Virus record (IMG/VR): IMGVR_UViG_3300029904_000005
Coordinates: 64,001 to 97,145 of that record
Source of the DNA: a virus
DNA length: 33,145 nt
Reading direction: 5' to 3' (one strand)
Shown: positions 9,799 through 18,340 of the stretch, piece by piece
Position numbering within the stretch: the stretch's first letter is position 1
Layout of the letters: the number at the start of each line of letters is the position of its first letter
Translations under genes and position numbers: made by a program
The notes under the pieces: generated by a model
What the model was told of the DNA's origin: nothing
The model's database searches: none
What the model saw: only the letters and a program-made list of their open reading frames with translations

Positions 9799-10115
9799 TC
9801 ATGCTTATAGAATACATCTACAATCTTGTTATATATGTAAGTAATTAAGTAGGCATCTACTTCATCATTATCACTTTGAGGACTATATCCAATGAAGTCC
9901 CATATATTATTCTTTATATGTTCAGCCTCATGGACAATACTACTTCCTCTCTTGGAGTTCACAGCTACTAATGATGACCCATACTGAGATTTTGTTATAG
10001 CTCTTGGCTCTGGACCACCATCAAACAGGTGCTCTACTTCTTCCCACTTATCAAATATGATTATAGTTAATTTATAATCAAAGATGGGTATATTTATCTT
10101 CTTTTGTGTTACCAT
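9783..10115 (-). CDS. Small HExxH (zincin-like) protein
   Basis: 'IVHEAEHI' plus downstream 'NDEVDAY'; ATG 10115 preferred to TTG 10145. Confidence 0.5.
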   Translation of the reverse strand: MVTQKKINIPIFDYKLTIIIFDKWEEVEHLFDGGPEPRAITKSQYGSSLVAVNSKRGSSIVHEAEHIKNNIWDFIGYSPQSDNDEVDAYLITYIYNKIVDVFYKHDKVAK

Positions 10116-10163
10116 GACTTTTTCTCCTTTTAGCCATTTCAGCAAACTCTATTATGGATATTA

Positions 10164-10499
10164 TTAAGCAAGCTGTGATTTGAGCTTGCTTCGCAAGCTG
10201 TGATTATCTCTACTCTTCCTGACAAATTCATCTAAGTCCTTCTTATGCCAGCTTAATTCTTTAAAACCAATTTCATGCTTACCTTTAGGTAATTTACCTT
10301 CTCTCACATAATTATCAAAGGTTGCTCTACTTACATTCAGATATTTACAGGCAGCATATTTACTTAGTCTCTTCTCCTTGTCAGACAATTCCTTTAGTGT
10401 GTCAATTAACTTGACAGCCTCCTCTTCTGTTATATTTGAATTACCTGCATCTATATCATCCACTATCTTCATCAGCAGGTTTCTTATGATTCTTAACAT
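10164..10499 (-). CDS. Excisionase/AlpA-like HTH DNA-binding protein
   Basis: 'LSKYAACKYLNVSRATFDNYVREGKLPKG...SWHKKDLDEF'. Confidence 0.7.
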   Translation of the reverse strand: MLRIIRNLLMKIVDDIDAGNSNITEEEAVKLIDTLKELSDKEKRLSKYAACKYLNVSRATFDNYVREGKLPKGKHEIGFKELSWHKKDLDEFVRKSRDNHSLRSKLKSQLA

Positions 10500-10857
10500 A
10501 CAAATAAAGTATTATAAACAATGAAATACCTGCTACTATCATTTGCAGGCATAAGTATTCTAAGTCACTGATTGGTATCCCTATATAGCAGTCTATAATA
10601 TTTATCAACCATATAGCTGTCACATAATGCAGGAACATTCTGTGACAAGGACAGAATCTAAATACATAAAAGGAGAGATAGAGAAATATTAGAGTAAATA
10701 TTGATACTCCTCCTATATAACTCAGTATAGGAAGGTCTATACAAAAATAAGACAGAATTGAGTTGAGAAGAGCAACCAATGCAAGTATCATTGGAATGAC
10801 CTTTAACAGACCCAATGCTGTCTTATATAGTGTCTTACTTCTTAAGTTTTCCACCAC
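10456..10857 (-). CDS. Membrane protein with about 4 transmembrane helices
   Basis: Four hydrophobic stretches; start codon uncertain (GTG overlapping a micro-ORF). Confidence 0.6.
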   Translation of the reverse strand: MVENLRSKTLYKTALGLLKVIPMILALVALLNSILSYFCIDLPILSYIGGVSIFTLIFLYLSFYVFRFCPCHRMFLHYVTAIWLINIIDCYIGIPISDLEYLCLQMIVAGISLFIILYLYVKNHKKPADEDSG

Positions 10858-10933
10858 AACTATACCTTCTTTTATTCTTTGTGACCCCTGCCTTAGGAGT
10901 CAAAGGCTTTGCTCTACCAGTCTTTTTTGCCAT
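10835..10933 (-). CDS. 32-aa basic micro-protein MAKKTGRAKPLTPKAGVTKNKRRYSCGGKLKK
   Basis: Manual translation; ATG GCA start after an AT-rich leader; fills an intergenic gap in operon orientation. Confidence 0.55.
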   Translation of the reverse strand: MAKKTGRAKPLTPKAGVTKNKRRYSCGGKLKK

Positions 10934-10952
10934 AATAATCAAACTTTAATTG

Positions 10953-11015
10953 TTATTTACTCTTTTTGCCTTTTGTTGCTTTACCTTTACCTTTGCAACC
11001 ACACTTCTTTGCCAT
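10953..11015 (-). CDS. 20-aa Lys-rich micro-protein MAKKCGCKGKGKATKGKKSK
   Basis: Manual translation; ATG GCA start and TAA stop; fills the gap between adjacent genes. Confidence 0.5.
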   Translation of the reverse strand: MAKKCGCKGKGKATKGKKSK

Positions 11016-11034
11016 AAGTACAGTACTTTAATGG

Positions 11035-11463
11035 TTATACAATTTCTATAGTTATTTCTTCTCCTCTTGCAATAGCTTCCTTCATCATTTTAACTAGCCT
11101 CTCTTCATAAGGAGTTGAATTAAGCACTTTTCCTACTGCTTTATTCTCTCCCACAAGTATGCAGCCTGAGGAATCTTCAGCAGTATTACCCCTGTGAATC
11201 AAGATGCCAGTAAATGAAGGTACATCAAGCAATCTTGGTAATTCTCTTCCAAATTTAGGGGACATATTCACCACTACCTTATATGTACCAAAAGGTATGC
11301 AGGTCTCTCCATAAACCTTTACTTCACCATTGTCAAACTTTCCATTCTTATTCACATCCCTATTCTTGTCTTCAAGAGTATTAGAAAAGAATGAGCCATC
11401 AATATAAAGATTACCTATTGTATAGGTGTCCTTAAAATACTTTCTCTCAAGCTTTAGTTTCAT
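11035..11463 (-). CDS. DUF5675-like protein (L,D-transpeptidase-like His/Cys motif), candidate lysis enzyme
   Basis: 'NTLED', 'TCIPFGTY', 'GILIHRGNTAEDSSGCILVG'; adjacent to holin- and spanin-like genes. Confidence 0.7.
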   Translation of the reverse strand: MKLKLERKYFKDTYTIGNLYIDGSFFSNTLEDKNRDVNKNGKFDNGEVKVYGETCIPFGTYKVVVNMSPKFGRELPRLLDVPSFTGILIHRGNTAEDSSGCILVGENKAVGKVLNSTPYEERLVKMMKEAIARGEEITIEIV

Positions 11464-11857
11464 CTTTATTATCCTTAATATCCTTATCCTCTTTATTTTC
11501 CCCTACATAAGGGACAACCTCCCCCAATATTTCTCTAATCTGCTCTTCTGTGTAGAATTTCCTCTTGATACAACCACTATCAAGACAGGAATTATTTAAT
11601 AATCTATGAATAACACCCTTTAATCTATAAACTTCTATCCTATTATTTTCAGCCAAGTCAATATAGAATTGAAGTTTCTTGTTGTTATCCTTTACAATAT
11701 TCTCATAGAACTCAAGGGACTTCTTCAGATTCTCAATCTCATTGGAATCAACTTCAGTATTATACTTCTTTCTTGCAAAAAACCAAGAAGTCCAACCACT
11801 TACTACTGTAGTAACAAGACCAACAGCTCCTGTTATAAGAACACCTACATCAATCAT
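11447..11857 (-). CDS. Putative holin or lysis membrane protein
   Basis: One N-terminal transmembrane helix plus coiled coil; lysis cassette context. Confidence 0.45.
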   Translation of the reverse strand: MIDVGVLITGAVGLVTTVVSGWTSWFFARKKYNTEVDSNEIENLKKSLEFYENIVKDNNKKLQFYIDLAENNRIEVYRLKGVIHRLLNNSCLDSGCIKRKFYTEEQIREILGEVVPYVGENKEDKDIKDNKDETKA

Positions 11858-11864
11858 AATTCTA

Positions 11865-12488
11865 TTATTTTATAATTTCAATGAATCTTTGTTGTTTATT
11901 CTTAATATAAGGGTTCTTTTCTATAACATTTACTTCTACTACTTTATGCTTCTTCTGAAACCATCTTGCAAGAAAGCATTTCTTAGGAGGATTAATAGTC
12001 TCCTTTCTTAAATCTACTATCACATACTTCTCGCTGATGAACTTAGGTTCAGTTATAATTGTGCTTGGATATCTAAGTCCAAGTTTTAATTGATACCATC
12101 TGTCACCAAGAAGAGTGTCAACACTGATAAGTCTGTCTCTGAATAGTGTATCCCTGAATACTATAGTGTCTTTCTTTTGAGCCTCAGATAGTAAATATTG
12201 CATCTGCTTAAGATTTTTATCCTTAATCTTAAGCTCCTTCTGTACATCTCTTAGCTTTTCAGTTATTGAATCACTGAAATATTCAAGTTGCTCAACAGTA
12301 AGCTGTAATCCCCTATTGCTCCTATTAAGAGAGTCACTTTCATACATTAATGCCTTCTCATTGGCTGTTGATATGGAAAGACTCTCTTTCAGCTCAGTAT
12401 TCCTGTGCTGAAGAATGCCTACTGTCACAGACAGCCCTATAAGAGCCATAGCTCCAACTATAATAAGATACTTCCCAAAAGCAGCCAT
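11865..12488 (-). CDS. Putative inner-membrane spanin-like protein
   Basis: N-terminal transmembrane helix, long coiled coil and 'DTIVFRDTL' beta region. Confidence 0.45.
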   Translation of the reverse strand: MAAFGKYLIIVGAMALIGLSVTVGILQHRNTELKESLSISTANEKALMYESDSLNRSNRGLQLTVEQLEYFSDSITEKLRDVQKELKIKDKNLKQMQYLLSEAQKKDTIVFRDTLFRDRLISVDTLLGDRWYQLKLGLRYPSTIITEPKFISEKYVIVDLRKETINPPKKCFLARWFQKKHKVVEVNVIEKNPYIKNKQQRFIEIIK

Positions 12489-12511
12489 AAAAACAATCCT
12501 TATAATAAAGG

Positions 12512-12542
12512 CAAAGTTAACTGTTTATTATCAATTATACAA
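12512..12542 (-). promoter_or_regulatory. Bacteroidota sigmaA-type promoter for the lysis cassette
   Basis: TTG-N20-TAACTTTG. Confidence 0.7.
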
Positions 12543-12563
12543 TGCTATAATCAAATAATTTAA

Positions 12564-12603
12564 AAGACATAAGAGATATTCTTATAAATATCTCTTATGT
12601 CTT
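12564..12603 (-). terminator. Perfect 17-bp inverted repeat, probable terminator
   Basis: AAGACATAAGAGATATT-6 nt-AATATCTCTTATGTCTT. Confidence 0.6.
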
Positions 12604-12612
12604 ACAATATAA

Positions 12613-13701
12613 TTATTCAGGATTATAAAAATCATCTACAGATAGATGTGACCCAGGCCCCTCTACTACAGGGGTAGCAAAATCAGTCCATCTTGCAAAA
12701 GCAAGACTATAATGGTCAATTGCATCTTCTACAGGAGAATATATATTAGCTTCTGAGCCTTGTACCCAAAGACCTGTTATAGTATTCTCATCTGATTTAT
12801 ACCATTTAAGAATCTTAGGACCTGCTGGATATGTTTCTAGAGAAACATTTGGCATAAATATCCTAGATACACCATTAGGACTAAGAGCATCAGTCTCTGC
12901 CACAGAGATAATTCTTCCAGCCATTGTTACCAAAGTAGTATCAAAGCCCTGAGGAGCTAGACAGCCTGGACTAGTTCCACCCCAACAAGCCGAACATGTT
13001 CTTGGAGTACCATAACTACCTTCTGCCTCAGCTGTAAAGTACCAGTTCTTATCATAAAGGTCCTTCTGGTACTGATGCAGTGTATAAATCTGTATTCTGT
13101 TTTCTGAGGCACTAAGTCTTTCTACTATTATTTCAATTACAGGAGAACCCTGATGAAATGCAGCATGTGCCAAATCATACTGTTTTCCTATAGCTGCATC
13201 TACTGTATTAAGAGTCAGCTTTGCCAGAACATTCTGCTTGAGTGGATTAAGAACCCACTTATCCAAATAAGGTTTAGCATCACTTGCTATCTCACATGTA
13301 TAATTACAGTAGTTTTCACCTCCAAATGGAGACCAGTTTACTACTATATTTGATACACCATCATGAGGGTCATTATACATTCTTAGTCTGTTAACTAATT
13401 CATTAAGAGAAGAAGTATCAAGACCTCCTGTTTCTACATTGTTTTTATATACAGTCATATTAAAAGCAGTAGCATCCTCTTCTGTAGGATAGGAAGCCTT
13501 CGCATCTGTAGGAGCCAAGTTCAGTATAAATCTATATGCCCTATACTGCTGTACAGTGACATTCACAGTTTTACTACCACTTTTAAAGGTAATAACTCCT
13601 TCTCTATTATTACCTATATTTTCTTTAGCTGTTATAGTTACAGTATTATTATTTCCATCCCCAGTCTGAGGACTTACTGTTATCCAATCTGGTATTGCCA
13701 T
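12613..13701 (-). CDS. Fibre/adhesin protein beginning with the C-terminal half of a BACON domain, followed by an unknown domain
   Basis: 'PDWITVSPQTGDG...VTITAKEN...REGVITF...VTVQQ'. Confidence 0.7.
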   Translation of the reverse strand: MAIPDWITVSPQTGDGNNNTVTITAKENIGNNREGVITFKSGSKTVNVTVQQYRAYRFILNLAPTDAKASYPTEEDATAFNMTVYKNNVETGGLDTSSLNELVNRLRMYNDPHDGVSNIVVNWSPFGGENYCNYTCEIASDAKPYLDKWVLNPLKQNVLAKLTLNTVDAAIGKQYDLAHAAFHQGSPVIEIIVERLSASENRIQIYTLHQYQKDLYDKNWYFTAEAEGSYGTPRTCSACWGGTSPGCLAPQGFDTTLVTMAGRIISVAETDALSPNGVSRIFMPNVSLETYPAGPKILKWYKSDENTITGLWVQGSEANIYSPVEDAIDHYSLAFARWTDFATPVVEGPGSHLSVDDFYNPE

Positions 13702-13713
13702 ATTAAATAAAAA

Positions 13714-13746
13714 ATTTAAAAAGGGAGGAGAGTTTTCCCCTCCCTA
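13714..13746 (-). terminator. Intrinsic terminator or attenuator between BACON genes
   Basis: AGGGAGGGGA-AAAC-TCTCCTCCCT followed by TTT. Confidence 0.6.
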
Positions 13747-13756
13747 TATTTTTATA

Positions 13757-15361
13757 TTAAGATAAAATCCAACTATCATTTGATGTAATAGTCAGAGTCT
13801 TAGACTCACCTCCTGCTAAGAGGGTCAGACTATCAGGAGTTATAATCAGGATACTGTCATCTGCCTGTTGAGTAAATTCAATAGTACCACTAGTTGACTT
13901 ACCTCCCTCTCCTGTAATACTCAAAGTAATTGAGTAAGGGCCTCTCTGGTCAGAAGATGTATTCTCAGACACAGTTACTGTATTAAAGTCCCCATCAGTA
14001 GTAAAGCCTTCCAGAGGAGATACTTCCTCTATACTTATAGTAAATTGTACTGGACTGGTTCCAGAAGACTCAGTTCTTTGAGCACCTGAAGTATAACTTA
14101 CAGTCTGAGCAGGTTGAGCAATTTCATTAAAGTCATACTCCTTTCCTTCTACAGGAACTGAGATACTCTCAGATACACCATATGTTACTTCTCCATATGT
14201 AGCAGCATTGGCCTGCTGATAAATAGGAACATGTTCCTCAGCTGTCTTACCACCTTCTCCTGTAGCAGTAATATCAAGAGTTCCTACCTGAGTTCTTGAT
14301 TTGACTGTAGTTGCAAGATTAGCCCCAGTTACTGCATCTCCATAAGATATACTAACTTCTCCAGCTCTTTCAGAACCTGAGGTAAATGTGACAGTTTGTG
14401 TACCTGTAGTACCATTTATCTGAGATACTGAGCCTCCCGATGCAGGAATTTCAGTACCTATACCAAGCTGGATGGTCACTTCACCATAAGATGCCTCATT
14501 GGCAGACTGATAAACATCCCAGGATGAATTTGCGGTCTTGCCGTTCAGAGAAATAGTAGCCTGAACAGTTGCAATCTTGGTCCTTTCCTTTACAGTAGTT
14601 CCCAGAGAATCAACCTCAAACTGTCCTGTTTCTCTGTCTATGGATACTCCCATAGGCTGGGAAGTAAAGCCGTATGATATAGTAGCCCCGTCTGTAACAG
14701 TTCCTCCCCCAGTAGTCTTTCCGTTCCATCCCCAAGTCTGTCTATATGTAGGAGCATGAGGTATGGCTGTGCCTCCCTTTGCGGGAATATCTGCATATTT
14801 CAACCCCATAATAGGTATAATTTCCGAATAGGTCTTAACTCCCGCAGCCTGAGACCAGGAAATCTCCGCTTCTACAGAATCTTCCGCATTACTGTTGTCT
14901 ATCTTAATGGTCTTGCCCGTAAGAGCATTCTCTGTTTTATTTTCAGGTATACTGACAATAATCTCAAATTCATACTCAGCACTTGCACCAGGGTCTCCTG
15001 TTATATTAATAGTCTTATTGCCATCCCAACCTTCCTGCTCTTCTCCATTAATCTTTAGTGAGTCTACAGTAGCTGTAATATCACTCAAAATTACTTTTAG
15101 AGCTGCACTATTAGATGTACCTTGTAGAGTTACTTGCTGTCCTGTTGCAGGTACATTCAGCATTCTTTCACTTGTTATAGTGATATGTTCAGCTTTTCCA
15201 GTCTGCTCAACAGTAGTGGAATCTGAGCCTCCTCTAACAGCTTTTCCTGTAATTGTACCAGTTCTTTTTACTCTTCCTGTAAAAGACTGTGCTGTTACTT
15301 GTACAGTATCATTTCCTGTACCTGAACTTTTACTTAAACTAATCCATGTAGGTTTTGCCAT
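13757..15361 (-). CDS. Tandem BACON-like/Ig repeat fibre protein
   Basis: Repeated 'IPA.GG', 'TTVK.RT', 'YQ.AN.A.YGEVT' and 'TGEGGK' units; begins and ends with half-BACON segments. Confidence 0.75.
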   Translation of the reverse strand: MAKPTWISLSKSSGTGNDTVQVTAQSFTGRVKRTGTITGKAVRGGSDSTTVEQTGKAEHITITSERMLNVPATGQQVTLQGTSNSAALKVILSDITATVDSLKINGEEQEGWDGNKTINITGDPGASAEYEFEIIVSIPENKTENALTGKTIKIDNSNAEDSVEAEISWSQAAGVKTYSEIIPIMGLKYADIPAKGGTAIPHAPTYRQTWGWNGKTTGGGTVTDGATISYGFTSQPMGVSIDRETGQFEVDSLGTTVKERTKIATVQATISLNGKTANSSWDVYQSANEASYGEVTIQLGIGTEIPASGGSVSQINGTTGTQTVTFTSGSERAGEVSISYGDAVTGANLATTVKSRTQVGTLDITATGEGGKTAEEHVPIYQQANAATYGEVTYGVSESISVPVEGKEYDFNEIAQPAQTVSYTSGAQRTESSGTSPVQFTISIEEVSPLEGFTTDGDFNTVTVSENTSSDQRGPYSITLSITGEGGKSTSGTIEFTQQADDSILIITPDSLTLLAGGESKTLTITSNDSWILS

Positions 15362-15370
15362 ATTTTTTTT

Positions 15371-15640
15371 TTAAATTGTCCAACTTTCTTCAGATGCTAC
15401 TGTCACTGTCTTAGATTCCCCTCCAGCAAGGAATATAAGTTCAGTAGGAGTAACTTCAAAACCCTCTATAGGTAATCCATCCTCAACTGTCAAAGTCCAA
15501 GAGTCATCCTCTCCAGCTTCTACATTAAGGGTCTTTTCTCCGCCAGTATCAGCAAAACTGAGAACACTGGGAACCAACTTGAAATTTCCTACAGGAGGAA
15601 TACCTATATGAAGGAGTAATAGATTTCTTATTACACTCAT
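15371..15640 (-). CDS. Small adaptor with two tandem BACON N-terminal halves
   Basis: 'FKLVPSVLSFADTGGEKTLNV...SWTL' and 'FEVTPTELIFLAGGESKTVTV...SWTI'. Confidence 0.6.
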   Translation of the reverse strand: MSVIRNLLLLHIGIPPVGNFKLVPSVLSFADTGGEKTLNVEAGEDDSWTLTVEDGLPIEGFEVTPTELIFLAGGESKTVTVASEESWTI

Positions 15641-16080
15641 TTAAAAATCCCCCATACAGCTAGATTATTCATTACACTAATAAACACTGTACAATTAGCC
15701 TCAACTACAGGAGCCTCTCCATTATTCCATTGTATTTCAGGAGCACCTGTAATATTATGGGCAGTACTTCCTATTTTAATATAATAAATCTCCTCAGAAG
15801 TAGTAGATGGATTGGACTGTATCTGATAGTCACTACTAAGTGTGGGTACTTCATGTACAATATTTCCAGTAAATACTCTCCATTTTCCAGTAATGGAGTC
15901 TACGGTATTAGATGAATCAAACTTGTAAGTTCTTTTATCCTCTGCACAATAGCCAAGATGTCCATCATCTACATCATTATCACGTGTAGCCTTTAGGTCT
16001 GCCAATGTACTATAACTATCCCTTTCAAAGTTTGGTTTCTTACCAAGATAACTAAAATTGTCTGCAATAAATAAGCTCAT
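15637..16080 (-). CDS. Short tail-fibre connector protein
   Basis: N-terminal 'IADNFSYLGKKPNFERD...YCAEDKRTYKF...GKWR' and C-terminal 'IQWNNGEAPVVEAN' modules resemble Bacteroides phage fibre modules. Confidence 0.5.
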   Translation of the reverse strand: MSLFIADNFSYLGKKPNFERDSYSTLADLKATRDNDVDDGHLGYCAEDKRTYKFDSSNTVDSITGKWRVFTGNIVHEVPTLSSDYQIQSNPSTTSEEIYYIKIGSTAHNITGAPEIQWNNGEAPVVEANCTVFISVMNNLAVWGIFK

Positions 16081-16082
16081 AT

Positions 16083-17699
16083 CTATGAATATATTTGTTT
16101 AAACATTGGTATTGTAGCTGCATCTGTCAGAAGATACACATAATATTGTTCTCCATTAATAGAGAGTTCAGTTCTAGTATAAGACAGAAGATACTCAAAT
16201 CCATTAGCATCCTTAATGGAATCAAGAGCACCATACTTCTTAGGATATGCATACAGAGTCTTCTGGTAATCCATTTCTACAGTAGCAGTATAGTTCTTTG
16301 AATTAAGATTCAACTCTTCAGTATTCTCCTTAATATTCTGCTCATTTACTACAAAATCATCTGATACTACCCCAAAATAACTTCTAATAGGAGCAGTTAC
16401 TGTTACAGTACATGTATCAGTCTTACTACCATCATTAGTAGTTACTGTTATAGTAGCTGTACCTTCAGATTTTCCTGTAACTCTTCCTGTATTGGTTACT
16501 GATGCTATTTCAGGTTTATCAGATGACCAAGTAACAGTCTTATCAGTAGCATTACTTGGCTGTACTATAGCAGTCAACATCTTATAGCCACCTACTTCAA
16601 TACTTGTAGAGCTAGGGCTAAGTGTTACTCCAGTTACAGGAACATTTCCACTTGATTTCTCTACTACAGTAACAACACAGGAAGCCTCATATCCACCATC
16701 TACAGTAGAAGCTGTTATAGTAGTAGTTCCCTTAGATACAGCAGTTACCATAACTCTAGTATTATCAGAACCTACTGTAGCTACACTAGGATTTGAAGAT
16801 GTCCATATAATCTCTTTGTTAGTAGCATTTGAAGGAATAATAGTGGCCTCAAGCCAGTTCATAGATTCCTCCTCCATTTCCAACTTAGTCTTATCAAGGG
16901 TAATTCCGGTTACTGGAATATCACCAGACTGTTCTTCTTCTACAGTAATAACACAAGTAGCTTTCTTATTACCATCCTCTGTAGTAACTGTTATTGTTGC
17001 TGTGCCCTTAGATACAGCAGTAATTGAAGCAGTGCTGCCTCCAGTACTAGTGATAGTAACTATACTAGAATTAGAAGAAGACCATCTAACATTCTTATTA
17101 GTTGCATTAGAAGGAGACACAGTAGCCATAAGAGTACCTCTATTACCCTTAGTCATAGTCATCTGTGTCTTATTCAAAGTTACTCCTGTTACAGATATAT
17201 CTCCAGGGTCAGGGTCTGTTCCTCCCCCACCTCCTGTAGGCACACAGACATAAGCTCTACCATTAGAGTCTACTCTGACAGCATAGCAGTCATGGTGCTC
17301 ACTATATCCAGTTTTAATACCACCAAGTACATCATCTGTGGCTACAGGGAGAGAAGAACCTCCTCCTGAGCCAAAGTTAATGTGATAAACTGTCCAATTT
17401 CCTTTACTTTGCATAAATATACATATTTCATTAGTGCTATTTATAAAATCATTAAAATACTCATATGTTCCAGGCTCTAGACCTAAGTAAAACACATTAG
17501 TCAGCTCATTATCTAATGGAGAGTCATGTATTCCTACTACCCCACCAAACAAGTAGGTTTTAAGTATTTCTGTTAGGTAACCCTGTAAATTATTACCTAA
17601 CTTATCAATTACTCCCATAGCTACTGTTACTGGGTAGAGGTCTTCATTAGACTTTCCTCCTATAAGCTCAGTCTCACGAAGTTTTCTTAATTTTGCCAT
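16083..17699 (-). CDS. Tail fibre protein with three Big_2 (Ig-like) domains
   Basis: Three 'VTG(V/I)TL...L.A...PSNAT(N/D)K...W(S/T)S...GT(A/T)TIT..T.DG...C.VTV' repeats; N-terminal 'LYPVT' anchor-like motif. Confidence 0.85.
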   Translation of the reverse strand: MAKLRKLRETELIGGKSNEDLYPVTVAMGVIDKLGNNLQGYLTEILKTYLFGGVVGIHDSPLDNELTNVFYLGLEPGTYEYFNDFINSTNEICIFMQSKGNWTVYHINFGSGGGSSLPVATDDVLGGIKTGYSEHHDCYAVRVDSNGRAYVCVPTGGGGGTDPDPGDISVTGVTLNKTQMTMTKGNRGTLMATVSPSNATNKNVRWSSSNSSIVTITSTGGSTASITAVSKGTATITVTTEDGNKKATCVITVEEEQSGDIPVTGITLDKTKLEMEEESMNWLEATIIPSNATNKEIIWTSSNPSVATVGSDNTRVMVTAVSKGTTTITASTVDGGYEASCVVTVVEKSSGNVPVTGVTLSPSSTSIEVGGYKMLTAIVQPSNATDKTVTWSSDKPEIASVTNTGRVTGKSEGTATITVTTNDGSKTDTCTVTVTAPIRSYFGVVSDDFVVNEQNIKENTEELNLNSKNYTATVEMDYQKTLYAYPKKYGALDSIKDANGFEYLLSYTRTELSINGEQYYVYLLTDAATIPMFKQIYS

Positions 17700-18295
17700 T
17701 ATTCAATTATACTTACATAAATATCAACCAGTTCGCTCAGATTATGCGTCAGTGCCTGCCCGGAGTCCCTGTTGCAGTAATACTTGACCCCGTCCTGAGT
17801 GTAGTACTTTCCATTAAATATCTCCATTGGAGGAGCATAGGGTATGGGGTCTTTCTCAGTGCCCTTATGGTCTTTGACTATCCTCTCATAGAGAGATGCA
17901 GTGTGTATTGAGGGGGGATAATGTTTTTGAGCCTTATGTTCTTGTCTTACTCTCCACATCCCATCGGCAGTTTTAACAATCTGCCCCGCTCTCAGAGGCT
18001 CTTTCTCCTTGCCAACATAATCGGCCCAATCATCAAACAAATCCCTTACCTTTAAGGCCTCATTGTTGCTGAATGTAGTGACCTGCCTTGTCTGTGCCTT
18101 GAGGACAATCTTGACCTGCTCCTCAAAGGGGACTGCCTCCTCTTCCTCATGGAAAGGAATCTCATCCACCTCATCGAAGTCAGTGTCAACATCATCACTC
18201 AGCTTGATGCATCTTGTGAAATAGGACTCAGTTCCTATCCTGTGTACCAGCTTACCTGCATCGGAGTAAACCTCTTTTTCTGTAATGACTATCAT
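17699..18295 (-). CDS. Fibre-associated protein with CBM5/12-like carbohydrate-binding module(s)
   Basis: 'WRVRQEHKAQ' and 'GTEKDPIPY...GKYYTQDGVKYYC'; directly follows the fibre gene. Confidence 0.5.
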   Translation of the reverse strand: MIVITEKEVYSDAGKLVHRIGTESYFTRCIKLSDDVDTDFDEVDEIPFHEEEEAVPFEEQVKIVLKAQTRQVTTFSNNEALKVRDLFDDWADYVGKEKEPLRAGQIVKTADGMWRVRQEHKAQKHYPPSIHTASLYERIVKDHKGTEKDPIPYAPPMEIFNGKYYTQDGVKYYCNRDSGQALTHNLSELVDIYVSIIE

Positions 18296-18340
18296 GGCTC
18301 TATATTATTCCAAAGATTCAACTTCAAGTGTCTCGGCAGG

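Noticed and set aside
10164-10499. Excisionase indicating a prophage or integration module
   Set aside because: No integrase, att site or host genes in the window; an HTH alone is insufficient
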